A stretch of 64,000 nucleotides of DNA, taken from positions 23,535,802 to 23,599,801 of the forward strand of contig NC_083453.1 of assembly GCF_020745735.1 (NCBI RefSeq), read 5' to 3'. A program made the translations under genes and the position numbers. This document shows, piece after piece, positions 49,991-64,000 of this stretch; within the stretch, counting starts at the first letter, position 1; each line of letters begins with the position of its first letter. The notes below the pieces were generated by a model, which saw nothing but the letters and a program-made list of their open reading frames with translations, was not told the DNA's origin and did no database searches. This stretch comes from Hemiscyllium ocellatum. Lineage: Eukaryota.

Positions 49991-52900
49991 AGGGAGGAAG
50001 CAAATTTGATTCTGCTGCAATTGAAAAGATGAGATCCAGTAAAGGGCAGGTGAACCAGTCATTTCCTATCAATTCGGGCCTATCATTCCTATCATTCCCT
50101 AGCAACTCCAGTGTTCCCAAAAGAGCTCTCCAATTAGACACTATTCCCACCACCCCTCACTCCTACTCAACAACTTGAAGTTTTTCATGTATTTACCCAT
50201 TTTCCACTTAAAGGGAATTCTTGTGCAGTGGTAATGCCTCTACCTCAGAGCAAGGAGAGCAGGGCTCAAGCCCAACCTGCTGTGGAGGTGTTCTAACACA
50301 TCAATAAACGGGTTGATTAGAAAATATTTTTAAAATTCCATTTCAAAGCCACAGCATAAAAAGAAAGATTAAGGGGAGGCAATGGCCAAGTGGCATTAAA
50401 ACTGGACTGTTAATCCGGAGACCCAGGTAATGTTCTAGGGACCTAGGTTTGAATCCCATCATATTGCAACAATTACTATACTCAAAAACACTTAACTTGC
50501 TGCAAAGCACTTTGAGACATCTGGGACTTGCAAAAAGCGCTACATAAATGCAAGGCTCTCTTTTTGGAATATTGTAGGTGCCTTTTGTAATGAAGGGAGC
50601 ATTTGTTAAAAATAAGGAGCTGAAGGTAAAATAGAATAAAATATTAGTGAGAAACCGAAATTAATGCAATTGAAAAATAACAAAATATGCAAACATTTTA
50701 TACAATTTTAGTTTATATTGACAATTTTCATTTGAAATGTACATATGGGATTTTATAATGAAAGTGTATGAAAACATGGAGACAATGTGTGAGTTTAGAA
50801 TGAGGACTGCCCTGATACTATTAAGTCCACAACTCTAATTTCACTTCATCTGAAGATTATACCTGGTTCCAAACCTCATATTTTATATGAACACGTTTTC
50901 ATATAAGAAAGCTATTTCCAGTATGTGTTCAATTAGGTAGGAAAAATACAATCAGCCCGAGCAAATACAGTATGACATAAAAGTGGGCTTCAACTACAAT
51001 CTTTTAGGATGACAGGCTAATTTGATTCATTCCACTTTTCCCTCCCACTATTCACCCCAAAATCACCTTTGTCCCAGATCCTATCCTCCTCTCCTCCTCA
51101 TCCAGGTTCCCAAATTTCTAGCTTACAAAGAACAAAGAACAATACAGCACAGGACTAGGTGTTTTATTTCTCAGTGCATTTGCAATTGACCAATCCCCTT
51201 GCCCCACTCATTTCCAACATTTCCTCATGTATATAATGATTTCCCTCATTAAAAGCAGCCCTTCCCATTCTCCTTGTCTTTCCTACCAATAACTTTTCCA
51301 TCGCTGCAAACCACTTATAGATACAAATAGAACCCAACTAACAGTTGTGTAGGAGTGAGTAATTAGCAGGAATACAACATAAGGAGTTCAACTAACATTT
51401 CAGATAGAAGCAATTTTTACATTCTGAGGTTATGGACTCACAACAATCTATCAGCTACGTCACTGCTCCACATAGAATATTATACTATCTATTCATACAA
51501 TTAAAAAAATTCCCCTTGCCAAATGAATCATCTGATTGTATTTTGAGAAGTTGCTGTCTTATCAGTTTAGTTTTCATCGAGAAGTCGGTTTAATTCTCAC
51601 CTTGTCTCTAACTTTAGTTCTACTTTGTTTATGAGAAGAAAATTGATTCTTGTGAAGAAATTTCATTCTACATGCCAAATTTTAGTTTGACTCTTGGAAA
51701 AATGCAGCATTTCTGTTCCTTTCAAATTTCATGTTTCAATATCAGCCCACTATTGCTTTCCTTCTGCACAGTCTTTGAAAGCCTAAACAATAATAAATTA
51801 GACATTGAAGAACATCTGAAACTTGAAATCTTTGCAACAAACCTCAGGAATAATTTAGTTTCAGAAATAATTTAAATACCTGTCTCACCTCTGGATATCA
51901 AACTTTAGCTTGAATTTAATTCTATGAAATAAATCTTATTTTAGCTGACAACGACATTACTGCCTATTACATCTCACCATGACACCCAAGCAAATAAGGA
52001 AAGAACATACATTTATATAGCACCTCTCACAAGTTCAAGATGTCCCAAAGTGCCTGACTGCTAATGAGTACTTCTGAAGTGTGGTCACTTTTGTCATTGG
52101 AGAGGATGCGGTAGCCAATGTACACATAGCAAGCACCTGCAAATAGCAATGATTAAATGACTAGGTTATCTGGTGGGCAAAACCCCATAAACAATTGGTC
52201 CTTACACTGAAATCAGTGGTGAAATAAAATGTAGGGACATAATGACTACAGGTAACTTGATTAACAAAAAAGTCAAAGATAGTCAGGGACAGGCAAGAAA
52301 GTGGAGCTGAGTCCACAATCAGATCAGCCATGATTTTATTAAATAGTGGAGAAGGCAAGAGGTGCTGAATGGTCTGCTCCTGCTCCTAACTAAGCAAAAC
52401 ATGCAAGTAATCTCCATAATGCTCTAGGTATCATAGTTCTGTCATATCATATGTCTGCAAGAACTCACATCACTTGTCCCTCTAGATGCCCCTCTTTCAC
52501 AATCTTGCTCATGCCCAGTTCAGAGGGACCATGTGACGCCCAATGCCATGTTCAGATCTGACATCACTAATGGATTCTATTTGATGCTATATCGTCATCA
52601 GTTGTCCTTCAGTTCAAGGGTGATGTCTAATCAGGGTGATGAGTTTCTGCCAGTTGTCTTCATGTGACGATAAAGGTCAATTCTCAAACCACATATCACT
52701 GAGCATGTGGGAAAGGATGATCCCCAAGATGTTAGGATCTGAAGTGCAGTTTCCTTTCTTTCCTTCTCTGCGGCCCTCTGCCTTCTCATTACGGTGCTCG
52801 GACTCAAACTGTGATGTAGCTTGATGGGCAAATTGCTGCTATTTTGAACAATTGTTAAGCTCCTCCCCAGTTATTAATATCAATGCTACCACACATTGAG

Positions 52901-53729
52901 GAGCATCTCAGATGGTCTTTGAAACGCTTTCTTTCCTCCCCGGACAGCTTTGCCCCCTATATTTGTAATCTCCTTCAATCCTGTGAGATCTTTGTGCTTC
53001 TCCAATTGTTGCAGCCCCCCACACATCCAGATTTCCATTGCTCCATCATCGGTGGCTATGCATTCACCGCCAGGTCCCTGAGGTCTGGAACTTCCTCTGT
53101 AAACATCTCCATCACTCTCTGTCCTCTTTGCTTTCTTCTTTTAAGATGTTCCTCAAAAACTAACCTCCTTGACAAAGCTTTTGGTCATCTTACCAAATAT
53201 TTCATTATGTGGTTCAGTGTCAGATTAGTCTGACTCCTCTTGAGTTTCTTGGGGATATTTTATTGCATCAAAAGCTATATATAAAGACCAGTCATTCTTC
53301 ACACAATTATAATTTCATTCATTTTATTTGAGCTATTTTTAAGTTGGTATGGACCATGTGCACAACATAGTTCTTTCACAGTGACATTGTCAATCATCCC
53401 TCTCTGCCACCTTCCAAACCCATGACCTCTACCATCAAGAACAGTGCTTCCCAAATAATTTCCTACTGAGACTCTATTTCAAGTAGTGAAAATTGCCATG
53501 ACATCTCAGAGAACGGGATAGGAAGAGCTGGTTGGAGACAGAAGATCTGAAGAAGTTCTGAACAGTAACTGGACTCGAAACACTCTGTTTCTCTCTCCAT
53601 GCTTATAGACCTGCTGAGTTTCTCCAGTAAATTTCTGGGCATTTTTTTTGTTTTAGACACAAGATCTGTTGCCTTTGCTTCCTTGGATTCCTGACCCCAA
53701 CTCTGACTGAGGCTGGGGGCGGGGAGGCA

Positions 53730-54670
53730 GGAGGCAGCAGACGTAGGGGGAACACCACTGTATCAGTCTCTTACACCCCCCCCCCCCGACAACCACGTTG
53801 AGGGCAGTGTGTGGTAGTGCCCAGAGACCGGTGTACATGAACGATATGACAGGCTACCCTTCTCACCACACGCCAAGCTGTGTCTTGGTGCTTATTGGAA
53901 AGTTCTGGTGAGGAGGCATTCTGCCAAATGACTTTGAAAGTCCGCTCAGCAAACCACATGACAGGATCCATCCTTTCCTTTTTCCACAGGGTCTCAAGGA
54001 TGCTGCGTGTTGTCCACTGACTGATGGACATGTGGTCCACCATGTTTCTCTTTGCAAACTTTTCCACAAGGGACAGGTGATATATAATGATCCAACTACT
54101 TGGTGTGTTCCGCAGTGCTGAGGTCAGACCCATCCTTCACAACACCAGAGACAGGTAGAACCTCAGTATGTAATGACACTTGACGTTTGCATACGGAAGG
54201 TCTACGCACAGCTGGATGAAGCTTCTTACCAAGGTGATCATTAGGATGAGGGTACCTCCTTCCTCCCCTTATCCAGAGTTTTGTACATTGTGTCTCTGTG
54301 GACATGGTCCATCTTTGACCACCAGATGAAGTGCAAGATGGCTCAGGTGACTGCTAAGGCTACAGGTTCGGGGGAATGAGACAGACCTGTGCCAGGTCCA
54401 GCAACACAGACAATAAGGCCATCTCACCTAACGTCTAGGTTTTTACCCACAATGGAGAGGGAGCAGTACCTCACCTTGGAGATGCTTTCCTCCCAAGTTT
54501 TTGCACACCACCTGGCCCTTCCAAACCACAAACCCAGCACCTTCAGGTAATCTGTCCTGACAAGGAAGGAGATAAAAGGTTCAGTCGGTCCAGTTCCTAA
54601 AGAACATGGCCTTGATCTTGTCTCCCGAGGCCAGTTCAAACTGGTCACAGATGCTCATGAGTCTGTGGAC
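53730..54670 (-). mobile_element. L1/Tx1-like LINE ORF2 fragment, degenerate
   Basis: YLKVLGLWFG..TWEESISKV..LSIVGKNL; LSNKHQDTAWRVVR and a CPQRGC remnant resembling the zf-RVT region. Confidence 0.65.
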
Positions 54671-54762
54671 TGGCAGCAGATCTGATCAGATCTGATCTGA
54701 TCAACAGTCTTTGATCTGCAGGACTCCACTCTCAGTCAGACTCAAATCCTACTGGACGGAGT

Positions 54763-54856
54763 CAAGATTAGTGTGGTGCTGGAAAAGCACAGCAGGTCAG
54801 GCATCCGAGGAGCAGGAAAATCGACGTTTTGGGCAAAAGCCCTTTATCAGGAATGA
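54763..54856 (-). mobile_element. Single-arm Penelope-derived cassette with mutated hammerhead
   Basis: AGATTAGTGTGGTGCTGGAAAAGCACAGCAGG..TTTATCAGGAAT. Confidence 0.75.
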
Positions 54857-55049
54857 ATTCCTTCCGGATGGACTCAGCAAACACAAACAAGGCAAGAGAT
54901 AATGTGTACCCCTGCCTGACTCCAGATCTAATTAGGAAAGCTTTCCGATTCTTAACCTTTGATTGAGACTGCCCTAACGGATCAGAACAACAAATGCCGG
55001 CGACGCCAGTGTCCCATGAATGAATTGTTCAAAAAAATTGTCCCTTTTA

Positions 55050-55300
55050 TGCGGGCCTTTCCGGAATCACTCCAACACGAAGGCCCTAAGCAAATGTCTC
55101 GCCTTCTGGAACTCAGTTGAATTGTGGGCGGGACATGCGACGAGCGGTTGCTGATTGGTCAAGGCTGCTGCCTGTCAGTACTGGTTTCCGGGGCGACGGG
55201 AAAGGGCGGGCTGGCCGATCGTGCTCTCGCGAACGTTGTTGGGGGAAGAGCTCGAGCAACATTGCTGAGGCGTCCGTCAGTTTGTGAAGTGTTCCCGAGA
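55050..55300 (+). promoter_or_regulatory. NABP2: Probable NABP2 promoter (CpG-rich)
   Basis: GC boxes at 55126 and 55204, reverse CCAAT at 55154, TCTCGCGA at 55224; directly upstream of the ATG exon. Confidence 0.7.
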
Positions 55301-55423
55301 AGGCGTCACTGCATTGATTTTGCAGGAAGGAAGATTTGCTCCTGGCCCGTGAAAACGCACTCCAGTGAGCTGAATGTGTTCGTCTGGGCTTGATCCTTCC
55401 AACTTGCTGCCTGAAATTTGTAG

Positions 55424-55552
<129 letters not shown>

Positions 55553-56019
55553 TGAGATGTTACGTTTCCTTCCCTTTCGTCAAAAGGTATCGCAGTCAAA
55601 TCCAATCCTGCTTCTTCTAAATGGACTTTACAGTAGAGTGATGGTAGGGTTGCTAAGATTGACAAACTTGGCGCATGCCACCAGTTGAGACTGGGAACTT
55701 TATGTCCCTTGTTGCTTTGAGAAAGCATTTAAGGTCAACTACACAGTTTTGCACTGAAATTATATGTGCATGTAACTTAGTAAAGGTAGTAGATTCCCTT
55801 CTTTTCATTGTGTTGGTAAATCACTTTGGGCTTTTACACTAATTTGCCTGTGGATGAGCTAAAATTTGTTTTGTCCAAATACCTGTTATTTTCATTTTGT
55901 GCAGGGATGGAAGTCTCCTACTTCCACTCTTCGTAAGAATGATGCAAAAAAAAATGCATGGAGTTTTGGAGGCAGAAGACATTCCCAGCATTTTGTTTTG
56001 GTACTTGTGAAAATGTTAA

Positions 56020-56250
<231 letters not shown>

Positions 56251-56885
56251 TAACAGGACATGGGGGTCACTAGCTGGTCACGAGCAGCATTTATTGCCCA
56301 TTCATCATTGCCCTTGAGAAGGTGGTGGTGAGCTGCTTTCTTGAACCACTGCCATCCCTGGCATGTAGGCAGAGCCATACATGTTAAGGAGGGAATTCCA
56401 GCATTTTGACCCAGTGACTGTGAAGAAATGGTAATGTGTTTCCAAGTCAGAGTGATCTGTGTATTGGAGGGGAACTGACAGGTGATGGTGTTCCCATGTC
56501 TCTGCTGCCCTTTTCCTTCTAGATGATAGAGGTAGCAGGTTTGGAAGATGCTACTACCCTTCTATGAATGTGAACTCTTGTTAAGTACTGCAAGTTTTAC
56601 CCCCTTTTCCTTAACTAAGAGACCCCCTTCTCGCTCACTTGCATCCAGTTTTTATCTGTTGTCTACATCTGGGGGATAGATGCAAGGCTGCATTTACTGC
56701 AGATTCCTGGTTGTTCTGAGATAGTGGTGAGCATTGTTGTGATGGTGTTATGACTATTATTTGCACTGAGTCCAGACTATTGCCTAGAATGCCTACAATA
56801 GCTCAATAGGCAGTGTATTCCTATCTGAAAATGTGTTGCTGGAAAAGCACAGCAGGTCAGGCAGCATCCAAGGAGCAGGAGAATC

Positions 56886-56913
56886 AACGTTTCGGGCATG
56901 AGCCCTTCTTCAG
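56886..56913 (-). ncRNA. Minimal type I hammerhead ribozyme in a ~105-bp cassette (56826-56930)
   Basis: Minus strand CTGAAGA-A-GGGC-TCAT-GCCC-GAAAC-GTT; imperfect 12-bp TSD TGTATTCCTATC / TGTGTTCCTATC. Confidence 0.72.
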
Positions 56914-57660
56914 GAATTCTATTCCTGAATTGTGTTCCTATCCTCAACCAACATCCAGGATTCATCATTCACAGGGATCCCCAATCAAAGTCACTACATC
57001 CTCTCTAATCCAGGCATTCTAAAGCTAGGTGTAGTACCCTTTACATCACCTAGGATGAGTAAGGACAGATCGAGGAATTTTTTGATCCATGTGGATTTCT
57101 GCTGTGCTTGGGGTCAAGCCTTCAAGGAAGCTATGAGCATCATAGTCATACAGCATAGAAAGGGGTCCATCATGTCCATGCCGGTCGTCAGGCACCTATC
57201 TATTCCAGACCCATGTTCCAGCACTTGGCCTATAGCCTTGTATGGTATGGTATTTCATGATCATCTAAATACTTGAATGCTCTGATAATTCCACTCTTTC
57301 AAGCAGAGTTCTAGATACCCACCATCACCTCGGTTAAAACAAATTCCTTTATAAAATGTTTTGCTCCTTACCTTTAAACAGTGCCCTCTGCTTATTGACC
57401 CTTCTACTTAAGGGGAAGAGGTTCTTCCTGTCTACGTCCCTCATAATTTTGTACAGCTCAAGAAACCCAATACCGTCAGCTTTCTCCGCTTATAAGAAAT
57501 AAGATCAAGAGTAGACTATTTGGCTCCTCGAGCATCCTTCCTTCACATTCATTAGGATTGTGTCTAGCCTGACATTCCTCACGTCTCACTTGCCTGCCCT
57601 ATTCCTCGATTTCCCCAACTGATACAAATCCATTTATCTCAGTCTTAAATGGAGACAAGG

Positions 57661-60154
57661 ATTGCGATCTTTGTGAAGATCTGTAGCTCAGGTTGTTGTT
57701 CAGATTGTAAGTTTGCTTGCTGAGCTGAAAGGTTTGTTCTCAGACATTTGATCACCGTGCTAGGTAACATCGTCAGTGAGCCTCTGTTGAAGCACTGGTG
57801 TATTGTCCACTTTCTATTTGTGTGTCTTGGTCTGTTGTGGGTGGGTGGTCTCACTTCCTGTTCTTTCTCTGAGAGATTGGTAAATGGGGTCCAAATCCAT
57901 GTGTTTATTGACAGAGTTCCAGTTTGAATGCCAGGCCTCTAGGAATTCCTGTGTGTATCTTTGTTTAGCCTGTCCCAGGATGGGTGTATTGTCCCAGTTG
58001 AACTGGTGTCCCTCGTCATTTGTGTGTCAGGTTCCTAGTGATAGTTGGTCATGTCTTTTGGTGGCTAGTTGGTGCTCGTGTATCCTGGTGGCTAGTTTCC
58101 TGCCAGTCTGTCCAATGTAGTGTTGCAGTTCTTGCAGCGTATTTTGTAAATGACATTTGTTCTGCTGGTTTTTGGTAGGGGGTCCTTTAGATTCATCAAG
58201 AGTTGTTTCAGTGTGTTAGTAGGTTTGTGAGCTACCATGATGCTAAGGGGCCGGAGTAGTCTGATCGTACCCTGAAAGAAAACGGACTTACTAAAGAAAT
58301 CTAACAAGCCATCAGACAGACAGTAGCACCAACACTAAGCAGAAAGAAAGAAGGAACACCCTCAACACAAAGGAAAGCTTTGGAAGTACTTAGAAAAGAC
58401 AGTATTGGCAGACAAAAGGCGCATGACCATCATCCTGAACAGAGCACAATACATTGAAAAAACAAACCCCCTACTCGCAGATACCAACACCTACCAACAG
58501 GTTGCGATGGACCTGACTCCACTGCTAGAAAGCTATATTACAGCAGAACTGAAGAAACTCCACAAGACAGGTGAAATTAACAAAACAGTCCTCTAAAGAA
58601 TGAAACCTGAAGGATCCTATACACCTTTCTACAGATTACCAAAGTAAACAAACCAGGGGCCCCCCTCAGACCCATAGTCTCACTTCCTGGCACACCATCA
58701 TGCAGACTAGCAAAGGAACTTCAATGCAAACTGAAATACCCAGTAGAAGATTCAAGCCACTCCATCCACTCCACCCAGGAATTCCTGAACATCATCAAAG
58801 ACACCAAGGTAGAGGACAACAAGGTCATGGTTTCTTTTGACGTGACAGCCCTATTCACATCAATAAACATCATCTTGGTCAAAGAAACACTGGCCTAACT
58901 GCTAGACAAACCAAGGGCACAAACACCAGACAGCACCAACTCCATTAGGAAGGACAGCATCCTTAAGCTAGTAGACCTGTGCCCCTCAACATACTTCACG
59001 TTCAATGACAAGACCTACAAACAAACCAATGGGACACCCATGGGATCACCAATATCAGGACTCTTGGCAGAGGCAGTTATGCAGAGGTTGGAACGATCAG
59101 CTCTCCTCACAATCCAGCACAAGCTTTAGGTCCGCTATGTGCATGACACCATTTGTCATCACAAAATGCAACAAAATTAGAAGAAACACACAAACACAAA
59201 CAATATCCTTACCAGTATGAAGTTCACCAATGAGGAAGAGAACAAGACTCCCCTTCCTAGATGTCACAATAGAACGAAAAGCCAATGGAGAGCTGCAGAC
59301 CAACGTCTGTAGGAAAGCAACACACACAGACCAGATACTTAACTATAGGAGCAATCCTCCCAACAACCTCTAACAAAGCTGCATCAGGACATTATTTTGA
59401 CAAGCCACAACACACTTCAGCACCCAGGAACTATGAAATGCTGAAGAAAAACACCTATACAACATATTCAATAACAACGGGTACCTGATGAGCGCAGTCC
59501 GCCGATTCTTACACAACAAACCTAAACAAGAAGACACAACATTCCCAGGGATTCTAGCCAACCTGCCATACTTTAAAGACATCTCAGAGATGACAATCAG
59601 ATGACTCTGGCCCCTTGGCATCACAAACCTACCAACACAATGAAACAAATCCTGATGAATCTAAAGGGCCCCCTACCAATAGCCAGCAGGACGAATGTCA
59701 TGTACAAAATACCCTGCATGGACTGCAACGAACATTACATCGGACAGACAGGCAGGAAACTAACCACCAGGATACACGAGCACCAACTAGCTACCAAAAG
59801 ACATGAGCAACTATCACTAGGAACCTGACACACAAACAACGAGGGACACCAGTTCAACTGGGACAATACATCCATCCTGGGACAGGCTAAACAAAGACAC
59901 GTATGGGAATTCCTAGAGGCCTGACATTCAAAGCAGAACTCTGTCAACAAACACATGGATTTGGACCCCATTTACCAACCTCCTAGAAAAAGAACTGGAA
60001 ATGATCTTTCCTGCCACAACAGACCAAGATACACAAATAGAAAGCAGGACAGTACACCAGCGCTTCAACAGAGGCTCACCGATGATTTTACCTAGCACGG
60101 TGATGAAACGTCTGAGAACAAGCCTACCAGCTTAGCGAGCAAACTTACAACCTG
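57661..60154 (+). mobile_element. Degenerate Penelope (Poseidon-type) element: inverted 3' copy (~57661-58270) then RT-GIY-YIG body (~58270-60154)
   Basis: SFDVTALFTSI and GTPMGSPIS RT motifs; YKIPCMDCNEHYIGQTGRKLTTRIHEH; left 600 bp is the reverse complement of ~59590-60154. Confidence 0.9.
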
Positions 60155-61680
60155 ATATACAAGGGTTCTGCTCTCACAACTGTGACAAGGAGTGCCAATG
60201 AAATGATATCTTTGCTTTAAATGAGGGCATCACAGTTGATCACTGTATTCCAGATGTTGTCTCAGTAGTACTTTGTAGAGTTGCAATAAGACATCTGTAT
60301 TCTTATACTCCAACCACCTTGAAATAAGGGCGAATATTCCATTAGTCTTACCTGATTATCTGCTGCACCCTGTGTGCTAGCTTTCTGTGTTACATGCACA
60401 AGTATCCCACATCCCTTTATGTTGCAGCTATCTGCATTTTTTTCTCCATCCTCTGCTGTAGGGAAATCAGCCCCATCCTGGTGCATCTCCTCTGTACTCT
60501 CTCTAGTGCAGTCATCTCCTTCCTACAGTGTGGCACACAGTAAGGATTGAATATTTTGAGTCAAGAACAATTCATTTGTTTTGTCTAGTGTGTGATGGAA
60601 CAACTCTGAACTCCTCCTTTCTCCATGATTCTGGTGTCAAATATAAAGCTATTCAGCCCATCGAATTGATGCTGGATCTCAGTAAGCCAATCTATTCAGT
60701 CTCAATCCTGTCCCACCACCTCCACCTCCTTTCACAACTTTTACACCATTGTTCCTGCAAATTTGTTTTTTTTCCATTTTGATTCATCCATTGCCTCCAC
60801 TTCCACCCACCCTTGGGCAGTAACTTTCTGGTCATTGCTACTCGCTACGTTCATAATTTCTTCTTCATGGACCCCTCACAACAAATAAAACCTAAATCTC
60901 TTGCCTGAATTCTTAAATCTGTGCCCCTCAGTCCTTCTATCATCAGACAATGAGAACAGCTTTTTTTTAGATCTACCTCATTTTAACCTGTCGCAATCCT
61001 GAAAACTACGTATCCTTGACCACCTTCACCCTGAGGAGAACAATCCCAGCTTCCCCAACCTGCCATGTTACTAAAATCCCCTCTGGGAATATCTGTGAAC
61101 AGTGGTTGCTATATGAAATGGCACATGAATTGACTGGTGTGCAGGATGAGAACATTTGTCTGTTGGTACTAGTTCTCTTACTCGTTAAAGTGGAAGTGTC
61201 TTTGCTTGATGACCTTTGCCACTGCAGAGCAAAGGTGACTATGTACTTTGGGAGTTCTTGATATTTGAGTGTTTAACCTTAGTTCATCAGTGTCACTTCC
61301 CCCTCCTCTGTTGTTGCATCAAGTTGTTTCTTGAGTGCTCCCAGGGGTTTTTTTTTGCTTGTGCAATAATACTTGAATATTCCAAGATATTGTTCACTCT
61401 GTCTGAAGTAGGATTCCTTCCTTTAAAGCAAAGTTATTAAGAAGAGTCACTGGGCTTGAAACGTTAGCTCTGCTTTCTATCCACAGATGTCCCAGACTTG
61501 CTGAGTTTCTCCAATAATTTTTGTTTTTGTTTCAGATTTCCACTATTGCTTTATTCCCTCCTTTCAGTCTCACCTCAAAGGTGAAATAACAGTGCATAGC
61601 ACTGCCTCCCTTGTAGTTTAGTTGTGATCTCCCCTCCCCTGTGCTGTCAGCACAAGTCATTTAGAGCCCTCTGGTGGTGA

Positions 61681-61779
<99 letters not shown>

Positions 61780-62287
61780 TAAGTTCTGTGCCTTGATGCT
61801 GGGCGTGTGAAGAGCTGTTGTAAGCTGGGGTTGCTGCCTTGCTCTGCCTCCAATCTAACGGTTTGGGCAGGCTTTCAGAAGTTTCAGTAGTTCAGATACC
61901 TGTTGGCACTTCATTTGTGATGTAATTGTGAGTGTTCAGAAGTGGGAGGGATCCAGGAAAGAGTGGGTGGGGATGGGGAGTGAGCTCATGTAAGCAACAG
62001 GGTGAGGAGAGAGACAGTTAAGAACATTTAAGGAAAGAGAGTGAGTTGACAGCCAGGTAAGGACAGAGGTGGGGACTGGGCCAGGTAAGGATGGGGTGTG
62101 GGGACTGGCGGGGGGTGGGGTGGGGTGTGGGGACTGGGTGGGGGGGAGTCAGAGTCGGGAGTATGGTTCTGGAAAAGCACAGCAGGTCAGGCAGCATCCG
62201 AGGAGCAGGGGAATCGGTGTTTTTGTATTGAATTCAAATTCCACCATCTGCTGTGGAAGGTTTTGAACCCGGGTCCCCAGAACATTG

Positions 62288-63140
62288 AGTCATAGTGCTG
62301 TCCAGTTCAAGTCGTTCATGTTGACCAGATATCCTAAATTAATCTAGTCCCATTTGCCAGCACCCGGCCCATATTCCTCTGAACATGTCCTATTTATGTA
62401 TCCATCTAGATGTCTTTTAAATTGTACCAGCCGCCGCCACCACCACCACCTCTGGCAACTTATTCCAAGCAAGCATCACCTCTGCATGAAAAAGTTGCCC
62501 CTTAGGTCCCTTTAAATCTTTCTCCTCTTGTCCTCTAGTTTTGGACTCCCCCCACCCTTGGGAAAAGACTTTGGCTATTCACCCTATCTATGCCCCTCAT
62601 GATTTTATAAACCTCTTTAAAGTCACCCATGAGGCTCTGACGGTCCAGGGAAAACAGCCCCAGCCTATTCAGCCTCTCCCTATAACTCAAACCCTCTAAC
62701 CCTGGCAACATCCTTGTAAAATCTTTTCTGAGCCCTTTCAAGTTTCACAACATCCTTCTTATAGCAGGGAGACTAGAATTGAGCACAATATTCCCAAAGT
62801 GGCTTGTACAGCTGCAACATGACCTCCTAACTCCTGTACTCAATATTCTGACCAATGAAGGCAAGCATACCAAACGCCTCTTTCACTATCCTGTCTACCT
62901 GGGACTCCACTTGCAAGGAACTATGAACCTGCACTCCAAGGTCTCTTTGTTCAGCAACACTCCTCAGAACCTTATCATTAAATGTATAAATTCTGCCTTA
63001 ATTTGCCTTTCCAAATTGCAGCACCTCACATTTATCAAAATTAAACTCCATCTGCCATTCCTTGACCCATTGGCCCATTTGATCAAGGTCCCATTGTACT
63101 CTGAGGTCACCTCCTTCGCTGTCCACTACACCTCCAATTT
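62288..63140 (-). mobile_element. CR1/HER1 LINE 3' portion; a further fragment at ~63190-63505
   Basis: FTRMLPGLEGLSYRERLNRLGLFSL; reverse complement of the 3462-4418 type. Confidence 0.9.
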
Positions 63141-64000
63141 TCCAAGTCTCTGGATTAATAGTCAAGTGATGATACCAGGAGGCTATTGCCTCCCTATTCT
63201 ATCCACATACCTGTCTAAATGTTTCTTAAATGATGAAATTGTACTCGCTTCCACCATTATTTCTGGCAGCCTGTTCTGGACACTTACTACTCTGTGAAAA
63301 AATTGCCCCTCTGGACCCTTTTGTATCTTTCCCCTCTCACCTTTAAAACTGTGCTGTCTAGTCTTAGTCTCCCCTGCCCTGGGGAAAAGCTGCAGCTATC
63401 TACCTTATCTATGCCTCTTCTCATTTTATTGACCTGTATGAGGTCACCCCTCTAGTATATTAATGCTCTAATGGAAAAAGTCCCAGCCTCTCCCTGTAAT
63501 TCAAACACATCAGAGTCCTGGTTTCCAAAGAGTCACTGCTTCTTCAGAAATTACCCATCAAGGTGGTGATGGTGGGTGACTGGCTTGTAGTAATGTGTAA
63601 AGCATTGGTTAGGCTGCTGGTGTTGTTGGGGAGTCCACATTAGAGGAGGGAAGAGATTGCGCTGGAGAAGGTGCAGAGGAGATGTTGCCTGGACTGGAGA
63701 GTTTCAGATGGAGAGATGGGATAGAATGGGGTTGTTTTCCTTGGAGCAGAGGAGACTGAGAGGGGACATGCTGAAGATGTATAAACAGCTCATTAAAACT
63801 CTCATCCCCTTCTAAAGGTAAATCACCATAGTCCCAGAGGAATCTCAGGGCTGCTGTCTCTTTAAAGAGAGAGAGAGCGACACGATCGGTGGTGGGTTTA
63901 ACCTGAGGGTCACCATGCCTCAGGCAAGGGGGTGAGATTGTGAAGGCAAGACCTCGATGGTAACCTCCGATGCGACAGGAATTGACATGCTGTTGATGTT

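Overview
Vertebrate genomic DNA, very probably a shark/elasmobranch (HE1-type SINEs, HER1/CR1 LINEs, Deu-domain SINEs, many Penelope-like elements). It holds three spliced genes from the block that is 12q13 in human: the 5' end of TIMELESS (minus; two coding exons plus a probable non-coding exon 1), all of RNF41/Nrdp1 (minus; five coding exons, 318 aa, ~3.6 kb 3'UTR) and the first three coding exons of NABP2/hSSB1 (plus, head-to-head with RNF41). An intact tRNA-Ser(CGA) gene sits just upstream of TIMELESS. The rest is largely retroelements. Highlights: (1) short Penelope-derived cassettes carrying minimal type I hammerhead ribozymes, many fold-back and bounded by 11-16 bp target-site duplications; intact intronic cores lie antisense to the host gene and sense ones are damaged; (2) a candidate spliced 55-aa upstream-overlapping ORF in the RNF41 leader; (3) apparent deep tRNA-RNF41-NABP2 microsynteny; (4) an NABP2 OB-fold with NABP1-like residues. 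Human comparisons are from memory and need database confirmation; repeat boundaries without a TSD are approximate.
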